Assembly: GCA_048213135.1 (NCBI GenBank)
Contig: PS015041.1
Coordinates: 133,995-172,639, forward strand
Direction of reading: 5' to 3'
DNA length: 38,645 nucleotides
Source of the DNA: Reclinomonas americana ATCC 50394
Taxonomy: Eukaryota
Shown piece after piece: positions 9,940-22,300 of this stretch. The translations under genes were made by a program, and so were the position numbers. The notes under the pieces are model-generated. The model saw only the letters and a list, made by a program, of their open reading frames with translations. It was not told the DNA's origin and searched no databases. The first letter of the stretch is position 1. Each line of letters starts with the position of its first letter.

Positions 9940-12221
9940 TCATCGTCCGGTGGGCGCGTCGTCGTCTTCGTCGTCCATGGGCGAGTCCGTGTCGGCCAGC
10001 AACGCGGTCTTGTCGGTGGTCGGTGTCTTCTTGTCGCGCTTCAGGCGCGCGTCGACTTGTGATGCTCCCCGCTCCCTGCGCACACACACTCGCCAGTCAG
10101 TCAAATGTCAAGAAGCGCGCAAAGTCAGACACCACCAAGAACCTCCATCGATCCAGCACACCGGGCGGACCGGCAGGCGGTGCTCCCGGCGGGGCTGGCA
10201 GATTGGCATTGGTGGCGGCAGCGCCTGCGCCATTTCCGCTGCCCAGACGCCGTGCATTGGAGGCGGCGGCCGAGGAGGAGGATGAGCTGCCGCCCAGTCG
10301 CACGCCACCGGCATTGGCGTTGCTGGTGGTGCTGATCGGCAGCGTCTCCAGCTGCGCCTGGAAGCGGCGGCACAGACCGAGGCATCGGAAGGCGTTGTAG
10401 ATGGCGTTGGTCACTGGCTTGACGCAGCCGCTGAGCGTGCGTGTGTGCCAACAAGGTGAGCACGAGTGCAAACAAAGTATCAAGGGGGGCGGAGGTGACA
10501 CGAACGAAACTGGCAGAAAATGGGGAAGAACGAGGCAAACTCAAAGCCGGGCGACGGATCGCCAATCGTGTCGTCGCGGTTGTGCTGCATGAAGCGCAGG
10601 TACACCCAGGAGCTGAGCAGGCCGGCCACACTGAAGACGAATTGGAGGTAGATGCCGTTCAAGAAGTCAATGATGAGGGTGAAGAGGAGCGCCACCGATG
10701 GCACGTGCTTGGCGCGCAGCTCGCAGGCGAACAGGCAGTTCACCGGCTGCTCCGGCATCAGGCGTTTGAAGGCGACCGTGTAGCCGACGACCACGGCGTT
10801 GTAGCTGCCGTAGGGCCAGTGCCTGCAAAAGGGGGAGGGGATTAGGAAAAGGGATGAGGGGGGTGGGGGAGGCGGGAAAGGGCGCAAGGGAGAAGGGATG
10901 AGGGGGACAGGAAGAGACAACAACTGAGGAATGAAAGAAGTGGGATAGATGGAGGGGAAGGAGAAGGAGAGAGGGGAAAAAGGAGGGGAACAAACAATGT
11001 TGCGGGTGAGAGGAAGACGAGAAAGGGGGAAGGGGGATTAGGAGAAGGGATGAGGGTGACAGGAAGAGAAAACAACTGAGGAATGAAAGAAGTGGGATGG
11101 AGGGGGAAGAAGAAGGAGAGCGAGGGGAAAAGGAGGGGAACAAACAATGTTGGGGGTGAGAGGAAGACGAGAAAGGGTGCAAGAGAATTGGCAGAAGGCA
11201 ACAGAGAAGTATGGGGAGTGACAAAGGCAGCGAGTGGTGAGCCGAGCAAGGACGTGATTGGGGATGAGGGGAGAATGCGAGATAGAGAAGGAGAAAGAAG
11301 CGGGGAACCCACGAGAGAGGAAGAGGGGACAAACAAAACCGAGCGTGCGAGTGCAATTGAATTGGTAAGCTGGGGTTGGACGACGAGCAGCGACGGGAAA
11401 GAGTCAACAAAGACACAGTATTGAGAGAAAGTACGCTGCCAGAAGGAAGGGAGAGAGGGATAAGAGAACTCGAGCTGTGTCAGCAAGATCGGGGGTGCAG
11501 AGTACGAGCAAAACGATGAGAGGCGAGTGCATCCATTCCACCGCTGCACGCAACAACAACAGGAACGCCTCGCCTGGATTAGCCATGAGCGAGTACAGCT
11601 GGATCACCGAGTAGAAGATCAACCCGGACGCGGTGGCCACCACGAGCACGAACTTTACGGTTTCCCGCACACCCCATTGCAGCTCCAGCATCTTCCAGAA
11701 GATGAGCGTCACCACCACGTGCATGAGGACCTGCAAGGGAGAGAGAGAGAGACAGGAGAGAGACGAATCAGCAGCACGCCGAGGCTGCACCTCAATTTCG
11801 TTCAATTGCTCCTCACCGGCAACAGCTCATACTCGAACAAGATGCCGGTGACCACGTTCCACACATAGTACTTCTCGCTGAACGTACTGCGCAACACGAA
11901 CAGCAGTCAGCACACCACAAGAGAAAAGAAGACAAACAGGAGAGCGCAACAAGGCCGGCACGAGAGCGATTGCAGTCACCACCGACAAGCCCATCTTGAC
12001 CATGAGATACACGGTGGCGAGAAGGCCGCAGAGGATCTTGGCCGCCAGTGGGATGTCTTTGAAGGGGTTCAGAAGAGCGCCGAGCTGCACGGAAGAGAAG
12101 AAAGTGAGGCAAGGAAAGGAGAGGAATGTGAGAGAGAGCGGGAAGAGCAGCAGAAGAGTGAGTGAATGTGAAAAGAGCAGGGCGAAATGCAGACAACTGA
12201 GTGCAAGGGATCAGACAGTGC

Positions 12222-12278
<57 letters not shown>

Positions 12279-12673
12279 TGAGAGAGAGAGACGAACGGGC
12301 AAGACAAGTGAGTGCAGGGGATCAGACAGTGCGATAAGGAGTGCTTGAGTGCGTGAGTGAGTGAACGTGTGTGTGTGTGTGTGTGAGCGAGTGTGTGTGT
12401 GTGAGAGAGAGAGTGAGACAAGTGAGCGGATAAGGCGCGCCTAAAGTTGTCAAGGCGACGATTTAGGCGCGCTTTTTCTCTTTCTCTCTCTCACTCTCTC
12501 TCACACACACACACTCACTCACTCTCTCTCTCTCTCACGCACACTCACTCACTCACTGTCTCTTCTTTTCTCAAAGTTGTCACACTTTTCCCTCTCTCAC
12601 ACACACTCTCTCTCACCTGACTCTGCTGCTGAGGAGCGCCCTGCGCAGAGGGCGAGTTGCCTGCATCACTCAT
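9940..12673 (-). CDS. TMEM115: Transmembrane protein 115 homolog (DUF1751, rhomboid-like Golgi protein), 7 exons
   Basis: The spliced model reads MSDAGNSPSAQGAPQQQSQ|LGALLNPF...YYVWNVVTGILFE...KMLELQWGVRETVKF...VAFKRLMPEQ...LRAKHVP...SWVYLRFMQH...GDPSPGFEFASFFP...DRWRERGASQVDARLK. These match TMEM115 hallmark motifs as recalled (WVYLRF, GD..F.FA.FFP). Exon 1 is 12617-12673 and the stop is at 9940-9942. Confidence 0.9.
10890..11180. repeat. ~150-bp tandem duplication in a TMEM115 intron
   Basis: AACTGAGGAATGAAAGAAGTGGGAT occurs at 10922 and 11074, and AGGAGGGGAACAAACAATGTTG at 10981 and 11131. Confidence 0.85.
12226..12275. repeat. (TG)n microsatellite in TMEM115 intron 1
   Basis: A pure TG run of about 25 units. 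Confidence 0.95.
12350..12560. repeat. Imperfect inverted repeat (fold-back) in TMEM115 intron 1 with a 38-bp palindromic apex
   Basis: GCGCGCCTAAA (12435-12445) and TTTAGGCGCGC (12462-12472) flank a 16-nt spacer that contains GTTGTCAAGGCGAC. The outer arms, GTGAGCGAGTGTGTGTGTGTGAGAGAGAGAGTGAGA and TCTCACTCTCTCTCACACACACACACTCACTCAC, are near reverse complements. Confidence 0.8.
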
Positions 12674-12772
12674 TCTCTCTCGCTGTGAGAGGTGTGCTGA
12701 CAAGTGTCGTCATGCCACGTCATCGCGGTGATTTGTCCTTGGTGGTCGTTTATTTGAGTGTGACACAGAGAT
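12674..12772. promoter_or_regulatory. Candidate compact bidirectional promoter between TMEM115 and CCDC180
   Basis: There are 99 bp between the divergent predicted ATGs (12673 on minus, 12773 on plus). The spacer contains TGCCACGTCA at 12713-12722, a bZIP-type TGACGTGG motif on the minus strand. Confidence 0.55.
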
Positions 12773-13053
12773 ATGTTTGAGGCGCAGTCTGCGTTGGCGC
12801 GCTCGTTGAAGCAAGAGCGTGTGGCGCAGGCGAAGCCCGATGCGGATCGGAATGTGTTGAAGCATCCAAAGTTGAGTGGGAGGGAGAGGGAGGGAGGGAG
12901 GGAGGGAGGAGAGTGAGAGAGTGAGTGAGTTAGAGAGTGAGTGAGAGAGTTAGAGAGAGAGAGAGAGGAGGACAGACAGACAGACGAGGCAGCAGGCAGG
13001 CAGGCAGGCAGGCAGGCAGAGAGAGAGAGAGAGAGTGAGAGAGAGAGAGACAG

Positions 13054-13090
<37 letters not shown>

Positions 13091-13295
13091 GAGGTAGAGA
13101 GAGAGAGAGTAGAGAGACGGAGACGAGAGAAGACGACGACGAGACGACGGACGGACGGACGGACGGACGGACGACGTAGNNNNNNNNNNNNNNNNNNNNG
13201 AGATTAGGTTGGTAGTTGTATTGTTGTATACGTCGTCTACTCTTCCCTTCCTCGTCTCTCTGCTCTCTCTCTCTACACTCTTCTCACTCTCTCTA

Positions 13296-13341
<46 letters not shown>

Positions 13342-16300
13342 TCTCTGTCCATTGGTTTCATCGTTCTCTGCGTCGGTTTCGATGCATTTTGGTCCTGTTT
13401 GCATTCTGTCTCGTTCTTGTTGTTGCTCTTCTGCTTGTCCTTCTCCCTCTCCATCTCACTGGACTCATCCACACTTGTCGTCTCCTCATTCTTCTTGTTT
13501 TCTCTCTCTCTCTCTCTCTCTGTGCCTGCTCTTCCTTTCGTTTCATTGCTTCCAGCGTCGGTTTCGATGCATTCTGCTGCTTTGATTGCTCTCTCCTTCT
13601 TCTGTTTCTTCTGCTTGTCCTTCTCCCTCTCCGTGTCTTACTCATCTTCCTCGTCTCACGTCGTCTTCGTCTTTCCTCCATCCCTATCGATTCATTCAAA
13701 CTCTTCCTCCTTCTCCTTGCCTTTGCCCTTCATTTCATTCACTCTTCTTCTCTCTGTCATTGCCAACCCATTCTCTCCTCCTTCTCGTCCTCCTCCAATG
13801 CTCTTTACTTGTCTTGGTTTGTGCCATTGCTTTTGTGATCCAGTGCTTGCATTCACTGTTGACACTCATTCCTCCACCTCTCTCTCTCTCTCTCATTGTT
13901 TCACTGACGTCCGTCCTCTCCCTCCCTCTCCCTCTACTGCCCAGACCCGTCGACCTCACCGTCAACGGCTCGCTGCCGACATCGGTGGCCACTGGCGCCC
14001 TCAGCGACCTCTCGATCGAGGAGGTGTGCATGCTGCTGCAGTCGACACCGTCGTCGCCACTCGGACGCAACGCAGGTGGCGCGCTCAATCCCGTGCAACT
14101 GTCGCGATTGAGGCGCGCGTTGCGTGCGCGTGTGGAGGAGTTGCAGGCAGAAGGTGAGTGTGTGTGTGTGGGAGAGGGGAAGTGAGCGCGTCTCTCTCTC
14201 TCTCTCTCTTTGCCTCACTCGCAATGCGCTTCTTCGCTTGCACGCTCACACGTGCACTCACTCTCCCCGACACAGCCGATCGCACGGAGTCGGAGGCCGA
14301 TTTCGCCACGCGCATGCAGCAGCTGCAGGACCGCTTTCCCATGTGTGCCGACATGATCACCGATGCCATTCACAGTTGAGTTTGCCGTGGCGAGGGAGGA
14401 GATGGTCACACACCGCAGCTGACATTGATGCAGGCACGGAGAGCAAGTCGGCCGTGAAAGCGCTGCCAAAGGAGCTCCCGACTCCGCGTGGCGAACAGAC
14501 CGGTCTGCTTGATCGATTGAAGGAGAAGCGACGCATCAAGTTTCGTGCACGCATGTCATGTTGCTCAGTCCCCTCGTTTCCTTGTCTGTCTTTGCTATTC
14601 TTCGTGTTTCGCACTTCGTTACTGTCCCTTCCTGCTCGTGTCTACCTCTTCCTTCTCTTTTCCACATACTATCTCTGCCGATCTCGCTGTCACTTCTTTG
14701 TTTCGCACTGCTGCGTTTCAGTCTGGTCGTGTCTGCTCTGTCTCTGTCTTGCTTCGCACTTTGTTGTACTTTCTGTCTGCTCATGCCTGTCCTCCTCCCC
14801 CTCTCGTCCCTTTTTTCCTTCTCACTCGCCTTTCCCTCTCCAGACACGAAGAATGCATCCAGCAATACCGCGAGGATCTGGGTGCCAGCGACGTGCGCAC
14901 CGAGCACATGTTGGCCGAGGTGTCGCTGAGTCTGCGTGCCTCGCTACAATCGATGGAGGAGGAGATTGGAGCACTGATGATGGCGCTGAATGATGAGGGA
15001 CTGGCGGAGCGTGAGCTGCCACATGTGGATCGCCAGTGGGATATGACGTTTGACGCGTTCAGGCGGCAAGAGTCGTGGATCAACACGTTTGAGACGCAAT
15101 TGAATGACTTGCAGATCGAGCAGCAGGAGGACGGCACTCGTCGTTTGCGCACGTTTGTGGACCGCGTGTATGATGTGGCGTACCTGATGAAGGAGCAGAT
15201 TGCGATGCTGGTGGAGGTGGGTGTCTTCTGAGATGAGAGAGTGTCGTGACGTTCTGAGAAAACTCTGCCTCCTCTCTCTTCTTGAGCTCTCTTCTCCCTT
15301 CGTCTTCCCCTCCTTCTTCCCCTATCGTCTTCCCCCCTTCCGTCTCCCCACTCCATCTCCCCCTTCCGTCTCCCCACTCCATCTCCCCCTTCCGTCTCCT
15401 CACTCCATCTCCCGCCTTCGGTCTTCTCCCTTCGTNNNNNNNNNNNNNNNNNNNNNNNNNNNNNNNNNNNNNNNNNNNNNNNNNNNNNNNNNNNNNNNNN
15501 NNNNNNNNNNNNNNNNNNNNNNNNNNNNNNNNNNNNNNNNNNNNNNNNNNNNNNNNNNNNNNNNNNNNNNNNNNNNNNNNNNNNNNNNNNNNNNNNNNNN
15601 NNNNNNNNNNNNNNNNNNNNNNNNNNNNNNNNNNNNNNNNNNNNNNNNNNNNNNNNNNNNNNNNNNNNNNNNNNNNNNNNNNNNNNNNNNNNNNNNNNNN
15701 NNNNNNNNNNNNNNNNNNNNNNNNNNNNNNNNNNNNNNNNNNNNNNNNNNNNNNNNNNNNNNNNNNNNNNNNNNNNNNNNNNNNNNNNNNNNNNNNNNNN
15801 NNNNNNNNNNNNNNNNNNNNNNNNNNNNNNNNNNNNNNNNNNNNNNNNNNNNNNNNNNNNNNNNNNNNNNNNNNNNNNNNNNNNNNNNNNNNNNNNNNNN
15901 NNNNNNNNNNNNNNNNNNNNNNNNNNNNNNNNNNNNNNNNNNNNNNNNNNNNNNNNNNNNNNNNNNNNNNNNNNNNNNNNNNNNNNNNNNNNNNNNNNNN
16001 NNNNNTCCTTCGTCCCTTCGTCGTCCCTCCTGTCTTCCCCCTCCGTCTTCCCCTTTCGTCTTCCCCCCTTGCCCTCCCTTCCATCCCTCTTTCCCTTCCT
16101 CTCATTCCCCTTTCCCACCCATCCCCTTCCCCTTTCCCATTGCCGCAGGAATTCGCCCTGCAACAAAACCTCAAACTCGTGGAGGTGCGCAAAATGTTCA
16201 CCGACATTATCACGCGCCTTCGCGTGCACGCCACCCGTCGAGAGCGCGAGACGCGACACTTGTGGGAGCAGCGCAAGCTGGCGTGGCGTGGCGTGCACCA

Positions 16301-19300
16301 CGACAAGGCACTCCGTTGCGTTCCCCTCGAGTGTGCCTATTCACGATTCTGGCTGCTCACTCACTTCTGTGCTCGCAGGCGTGTTGGGCGATCACTTTTC
16401 CGAGGAACGCTACCGCCAGCACGACGTGCGCCAGCAGTCGCTGGCCAAGGTGGAGTCGCAGACGGACAAGTTGGTGGAGTTGTGCGATCAGCAGGTCCGT
16501 GGTGTGCCAGTCATTTTGTGTCTGCTTCATGCGTCACGCTCATCTCGCGCGCGCACGCACGCACAGGTGTCGGATTTGATCAACACGCCGCTGAGTGCCT
16601 ACTCGAAGCACCTTCTCGAGGCGGCTGAGGAGCGCTTCCGGTGCGACGCCATGTACACTTTCTCCTGTACCCTTTGCCTCGCTCTGACTTTGTTTGCGCA
16701 GCACCACGAGTGCAAAAATCGCTGCCTTCCACGCCGATTTCCTCGGTCGCTACGACGAGCACGAGGTCAGCCGACCGTCTCTTTCCTGTATTCCGTCTCC
16801 GCCAATGTGCTCATCCGCGTGGCTGCGCAGCACAACATGGAGAACCTGCTGCACGCCGACAAGGACGCCACCAAAGCGCGTCTGGAGCACGTGGCTCATG
16901 TGCCTGTTGAGCAGTTCGACGAGTGCATCCGCACCACTTGCCAGCAGCTGGAGGAGGATCGCAAGCAGCACATATTGCGGGTGCGCGACGCCGCGTCGCA
17001 TTTGTGGGACGAGGCGCACCACGTGTACAACGACGAGTACTTGGAGAGACCACACACGGCCGTCATCACGTCCACGATCACGGTGCACGATTTCGTGCAG
17101 CACGTGAAGCGGTTTGTGAAGGAGGCCGATGATATGGTGCGCCGCGACCTCGGGCTGATGCTGAACGAGGACGAATCGATTCTGAAGGAGCTGGAGGTGT
17201 GCTCACATCTCTCTGTATCATCGACAGGTCCAACACGCCCTCACTCATTTGCGCGCAGGATGAGCACGAACGGGCGCTGCGTGAAATGACGCAGAGTCCG
17301 ACCGAGGCCGGTGCGCATGATGCACTCCAACAGGTGTTTGCGGTGCTGGACAAGATTCTCGCAGGTGAGCGACCTATTTCTCGTGTTGTTTTGTATGGCG
17401 AGACTCGCGATGCTCACTACCCGTCAGAATACCACGAGTATCATCGGAAACGCACACAACGTGTCAAGGACTACGCACAGGACGTGAACCGGCGATTTGA
17501 TCACTACGAGCAGCAGCTCATCAAGGAGATGCAGGTGGAGTCGGCGGACTTGATACGATCCAAGTTGAGTGTGCATCACCGCAACACATTGGGGTTGTGC
17601 TTGCTCTCACTCGATGGAATGCCAGGTTTGCTGCCGAGTGGCAGGCCAGACTGGAGAGCGAGCAAGAGGAGGCACGTGGAGCGGCCCCCGCAAAGGGTGG
17701 CAAGGCAGCTGCGTCGGCAGGGAAGGCGGGAAAGGCGGCCAAGTTGCGCAAGTCGTCGACCTCTCCTTCCCCGTCTATCTGCACACTCATTTCTCTCTGT
17801 TTTCTTCTTGCAGGCCGGCAAGCTCCGCTGCGGCCTCGGCTCATGTGGATGCACCACCCATGCCAGATCCACTGGCCGACATGGTGGTCTTCACGGCTGG
17901 CGAGGTCCGATGGGCCTCGGCGACTCCTGCGCCGGTTTGTGCATTACCATGCCCCAGAGGATGCAAAGCCACACCATTCCTCACTATCACTGTGCGTGTG
18001 CACAGAACCTGTCGTGGATGCTGAACTACATTACGGCTCCGCCTCGCGACGATGGCTCATTCGAACCGGCCCCCGAACCGCCGCCACCACCACAGCCCCC
18101 AGCCGCTGCCTCACCGCCACCCGCCTCACCGCCACCAGCTCCGGCTGGTAAGGGCGCAAAGGATCCACCGCCGCCACCGCCGCCACCAGAGCCGACGCCA
18201 GAGGAGAGGGAGATAGAGCGTCTGGCTGCCGAGCAGGTGCAGAGAGCAGCGGAGGAGGCGAAGCACATTTCGCACAGCACCGTGGTGCGTTGTACGCGCG
18301 CATGCCGTATGCTTTGTACAATTGCTGAACTCGGCCGCCTTGTCGCAGCTTCTGGTGATCAAGTACGAACGGTTGCGACAGCTGCGCGAAAAGTGGCGCG
18401 TGGAGCTCATTGACTTTTTGGTGGAGACCAAGCGACGCGAGACAGCCACTGCCGAGTCGTTCATGCGCGAGGAGATTGTGCGTTGTCTGCTCTTCCCTGT
18501 AATGTAGCGATTCGTGCTCACTTCTCTCTTTAGGACAATGCGGACTCCCTACTGGAGAAGCGCCTGCGTATGCACGCTCCGCGCCCGTCAATGGCGGCCT
18601 CGGCTCTCACGCAGCGCGTGCGCGGGCTTGCCAGCCACCGCGCGCGCCTTCAGCGCCACGCCAATTCCACGTCGGCCGTCACCCAGCGGTCGGCGTCGGC
18701 GGTGCAGAACCTGGTGCAGGAGATTCAGTCGGCGTTCGACGATCACCGCGCACAGGTGCAGGCGCTGTATGGAGCGTTCGGTAGCGCGGAGGTGTGTATT
18801 TTCTTTTGCACGAGAGCTTTGACCGCCGTCATGCACTCACACGCAACTTGCGCCTCTGAAAAACACAGCGCATACCCTCGCTGGAGGCGGCGAACCGCGA
18901 CGTGGCCGAAAACATTCGTGCCCACGATGTGCTGCTGAACGATCAGGAGGCTCGCGTCAGAAAGGACGTTGAGGGGTTGTTGGCACTGGTGGACCGCAAC
19001 AATCAACAAGTCGCTGATGTGAGTCCCCTCTTCCCCTCCCTCCCTCCCCTCCCCTCCTTCTCACTCGTCACTCACCTCCTCGCTGCAGTCCTGGCAACAC
19101 TTTGAGACGGGTGGCGACTTCCACCCCTCCGAGCGAGATGAGTTCCTGGCCATGTTGGCCGAACTGCGCGCTGAGGCGGAGACACTCGCGCAGCAGCTGC
19201 GCACGCAACTGGAGACCACCGTCACCAAGATCCGCGCCGACAAGGAAAGCCTGTCACGACTGGTCGCCGACAAGTACACCATGCACGCCGCCGACGTGGC

Positions 19301-22300
19301 GTTCTGCGAAAAGGTGCAGGAGGCGTTCTCGGCCAAGATGAACGAGCTGCGAGTGCAGACGTCGGTCAACTCGGAACGCTTGCGTGCGATTGCCGACTGG
19401 ATTGCGGAGCTCGACGGTGCGTGCGAGGCCGCCAAGTCCAGCGCCGACGATCTCGCCGAGTATGTGGCGCAACGAACGCGTACCACTGTTGGCAAGGTGA
19501 TTGCGAAGGTGAAGGTGCAGGCAGGGGAGAGTGTGTACTCACACCGTTCGTTTGTGATGGCAGACGCCAGCCGGCAATTACTTGCTGCAAGTGGCCGACA
19601 AGGCTCGCCTGGAAATGCATCAGCGATGTCGTTTTGTACGCATGCTGCAGGTGTGGGCGGTGTCTCCTTTGCTCCCTTTTTCTGCCTTCCCTTTCCCCTT
19701 AGTTTTGTGTGCGTCCTCCAGCATGAAGTGCCGGCCATCAAGGTGCCCGGTGACGTGCAATATGCCGTGCACAATCCGGCCGTCGATTCGCTTAGCATTC
19801 CGTTCGACGAGTCTGTGGAGTTTGACATGTTGCGTCCGTGTTTTTGTCGCTCTCTTCTCGTCAGTCGCCAATGCTTATCGCCGATTGCCGAACACAGCGT
19901 TCCGATTGACACACTGCGCGATCAAGTGCATGCGGCCTTCATGGATGCTGTGAAGCCACTGGTGACCGAGTACTTTGCCAAGTTGGGCAACCGGCCCATT
20001 GTGCGACCGCACACCATCAAGGGTGATGCGAATGAGACGTTGGCCCACATTCAGGCCGAGATCGCCATGTCGCTCATCAAGTTTGCCGACAATCATCGCG
20101 ACACGGCCAATCGTGAAATTCGTCAGGTGCGGTCGTGTTGTCTGTTTCTCAGTAAGCGTCGTGTGATTTCTCACGACGAACNNNNNNNNNNNNNNNNNNN
20201 NNNNNNNNNNNNNNNNNNNNNNNNNNNNNNNNNNNNNNNNNNNNNNNNNNNNNNNNNNNNNNNNNNNNNNNNNNNNNNNNNNNNNNNNNNNNNNNNNNNN
20301 NNNNNNNNNNNNNNNNNNNNNNNNNNNNNNNNNNNNNNNNNNNNNNNNNNNNNNNNNNNNNNNNNNNNNNNNNNNNNNNNNNNNNNNNNNNNNNNNNNNN
20401 NNNNNNNNNNNNNNNNNNNNNNNNNNNNNNNNNNNNNNNNNNNNNNGATGCTCGGCCAGAATCGTCGAGTCGTACATGGCCAGCATGACGCGCGTGGTGT
20501 GTGTCAAGCGCCGTGCAAAGTGGACAGCTGACGTGCGGAACTCACGCTGCAGGGAGAGGAGGGTGAGACGGACGGTGAAGGATTGGAGCATAGTGAATAA
20601 CACACCATGAACTGCAAGCGATACTGTTGCGAGTTGTCACGAGCCTCGCGCCATCGCGACTCTTCAGCATTGTGCAGCTGCTGCAGTGCGTCCCAGTGCA
20701 CTGGATCGGCCATTGACGGCTTGACCAATTCGGCATTGCGATTCTGCGGCGCGGGTGAGACAAAATAGAGCACAGAGGGCACGAGAAATATGGAAGGATG
20801 AGAGAGAGAGAGAGAGAAGAGAGAGAGACACACACACACACAACCTTCGCTTCCGCGCCACTCACCTTGGCCTTCTGCCACTGCTGCCATCTTGCGGTAA
20901 AGTCGGAAGTGAGCGGCCGCACAGTGCCATTCAGTGCCTGCGTAGTCTCGTCGGAAATGGAGCCAAATACCACCGACGGCAGTTTCGTCAGCATCAGTGT
21001 GCCGTCGGCAATCAGCTGCAAAANNNNNNNNNNNNNNNNNNNNNNNNNNNNNNNNNNNNNNNNNNNNNNNNNNNNNNNNNNNNNNNNNNNNNNNNNNNNN
21101 NNNNNNNNNNNNNNNNNNNNNNNNNNNNNNNNNNNNNNNNNNNNNNNNNNNNNNNNNNNNNNNNNNNNNNNNNNNNNNNNNNNNNNNNNNNNNNNNNNNN
21201 NNNNNNNNNNNNNNNNNNNNNNNNNNNNNNNNNNNNNNNNNNNNNNNNNNNNNNNNNNNNNNNNNNNNNNNNNNNNNNNNNNNNNNNNNNNNNNNNNNNN
21301 NNNNNNNNNNNNNNNNNNNNNNNNNNNNNNNNNNNNNNNNNNNNNNNNNNNNNNNNNNNNNNNNNNNNNNNNNNNNNNNNNNNNNNNNNNNNNNNNNNNN
21401 NNNNNNNNNNNNNNNNNNNNNNNNNNNNNNNNNNNNNNNNNNNNNNNNNNNNNNNNNNNNNNNNNNNNNNNNNNNNNNNNNNNNNNNNNNNNNNNNNNNN
21501 NNNNNNNNNNNNNNNNNNNNNNNNNNNNNNNNNNNNNNNNNNNNNNNNNNNNNNNNNNNNNNNNNNNNNNNNNNNNNNNNNNNNNNNNNNNNNNNNNNNN
21601 NNNNNNNNNNNNNNNNNNNNNNNNNNNNNNNNNNNNNNNNNNNNNNNNNNNNNNNNNNNNNNNNNNNNNNNNNNNNNNNNNNNNNNNNNNNNNNNNNNNN
21701 NNNNNNNNNNNNNNNNNNNNNNNNNNNNNNNNNNNNNNNNNNNNNNNNNNNNNNNNNNNNNNNNNNNNNNNNNNTGGTGCCGGGCGACAACATTGTTGCC
21801 GGAAAGCACAAGAACATCAAAGGTCTGCTGCGCGCCAAGCTGCTCGAGCAAGCGGCGGCGGCTGGATCTGGTGGTGCGGCGGCCGCGGAAGGCCAGCTGT
21901 TCCCCACCATAGAGGTGCTGGGTCTGCCGCTCAACGAGCTGCGCGTCACGCGCATGCTCACTGGCGCACCGCTGCCGATGTTGGCGAGTCCGTCGTCTGC
22001 CGCCGCTGCGAATGCGGCAGATGGTGGAGAGGGATCCGGCGGTCCGCCGATGGAGTTGCTGGGTGGCGGCTACTCCACGAACGCCGCGCCTGTCAACAAG
22101 TCGGTGATTCGTGGTCGCGACTTTGTGTTCCGCCGGTTCCTGTCGTCGACCTCGGAGAAGATCCGCGAGTTTGACAATCAAGGTCTGTCTGTCTGTGCGA
22201 AAAAGACGGCGATGCTTTGGTTGATGTCTGACGTCCCTCGTTTGCAGAGTCGAGTCGCTTGCAAGAGCAGCAAGTGTGGCTGCGTGGCTGGTGCGAGGGC

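Noticed and set aside
12870-12877. Non-canonical TT-starting introns (G|TTGAGT) as an alternative reading of the shifted donors
   Set aside because: Reading-frame phase matches the AG acceptors only with cleavage before GT. A TT start would need a non-AG acceptor.
13209-13838. Hydrophobic L/S/F-rich ORFs resembling membrane proteins (also 10667-11549)
   Set aside because: They are translations of CT-rich intronic low-complexity sequence.
20447-21023. Nested antisense gene inside CCDC180
   Set aside because: The peptide is the missing internal part of CCDC180 and joins in frame when the block is inverted.
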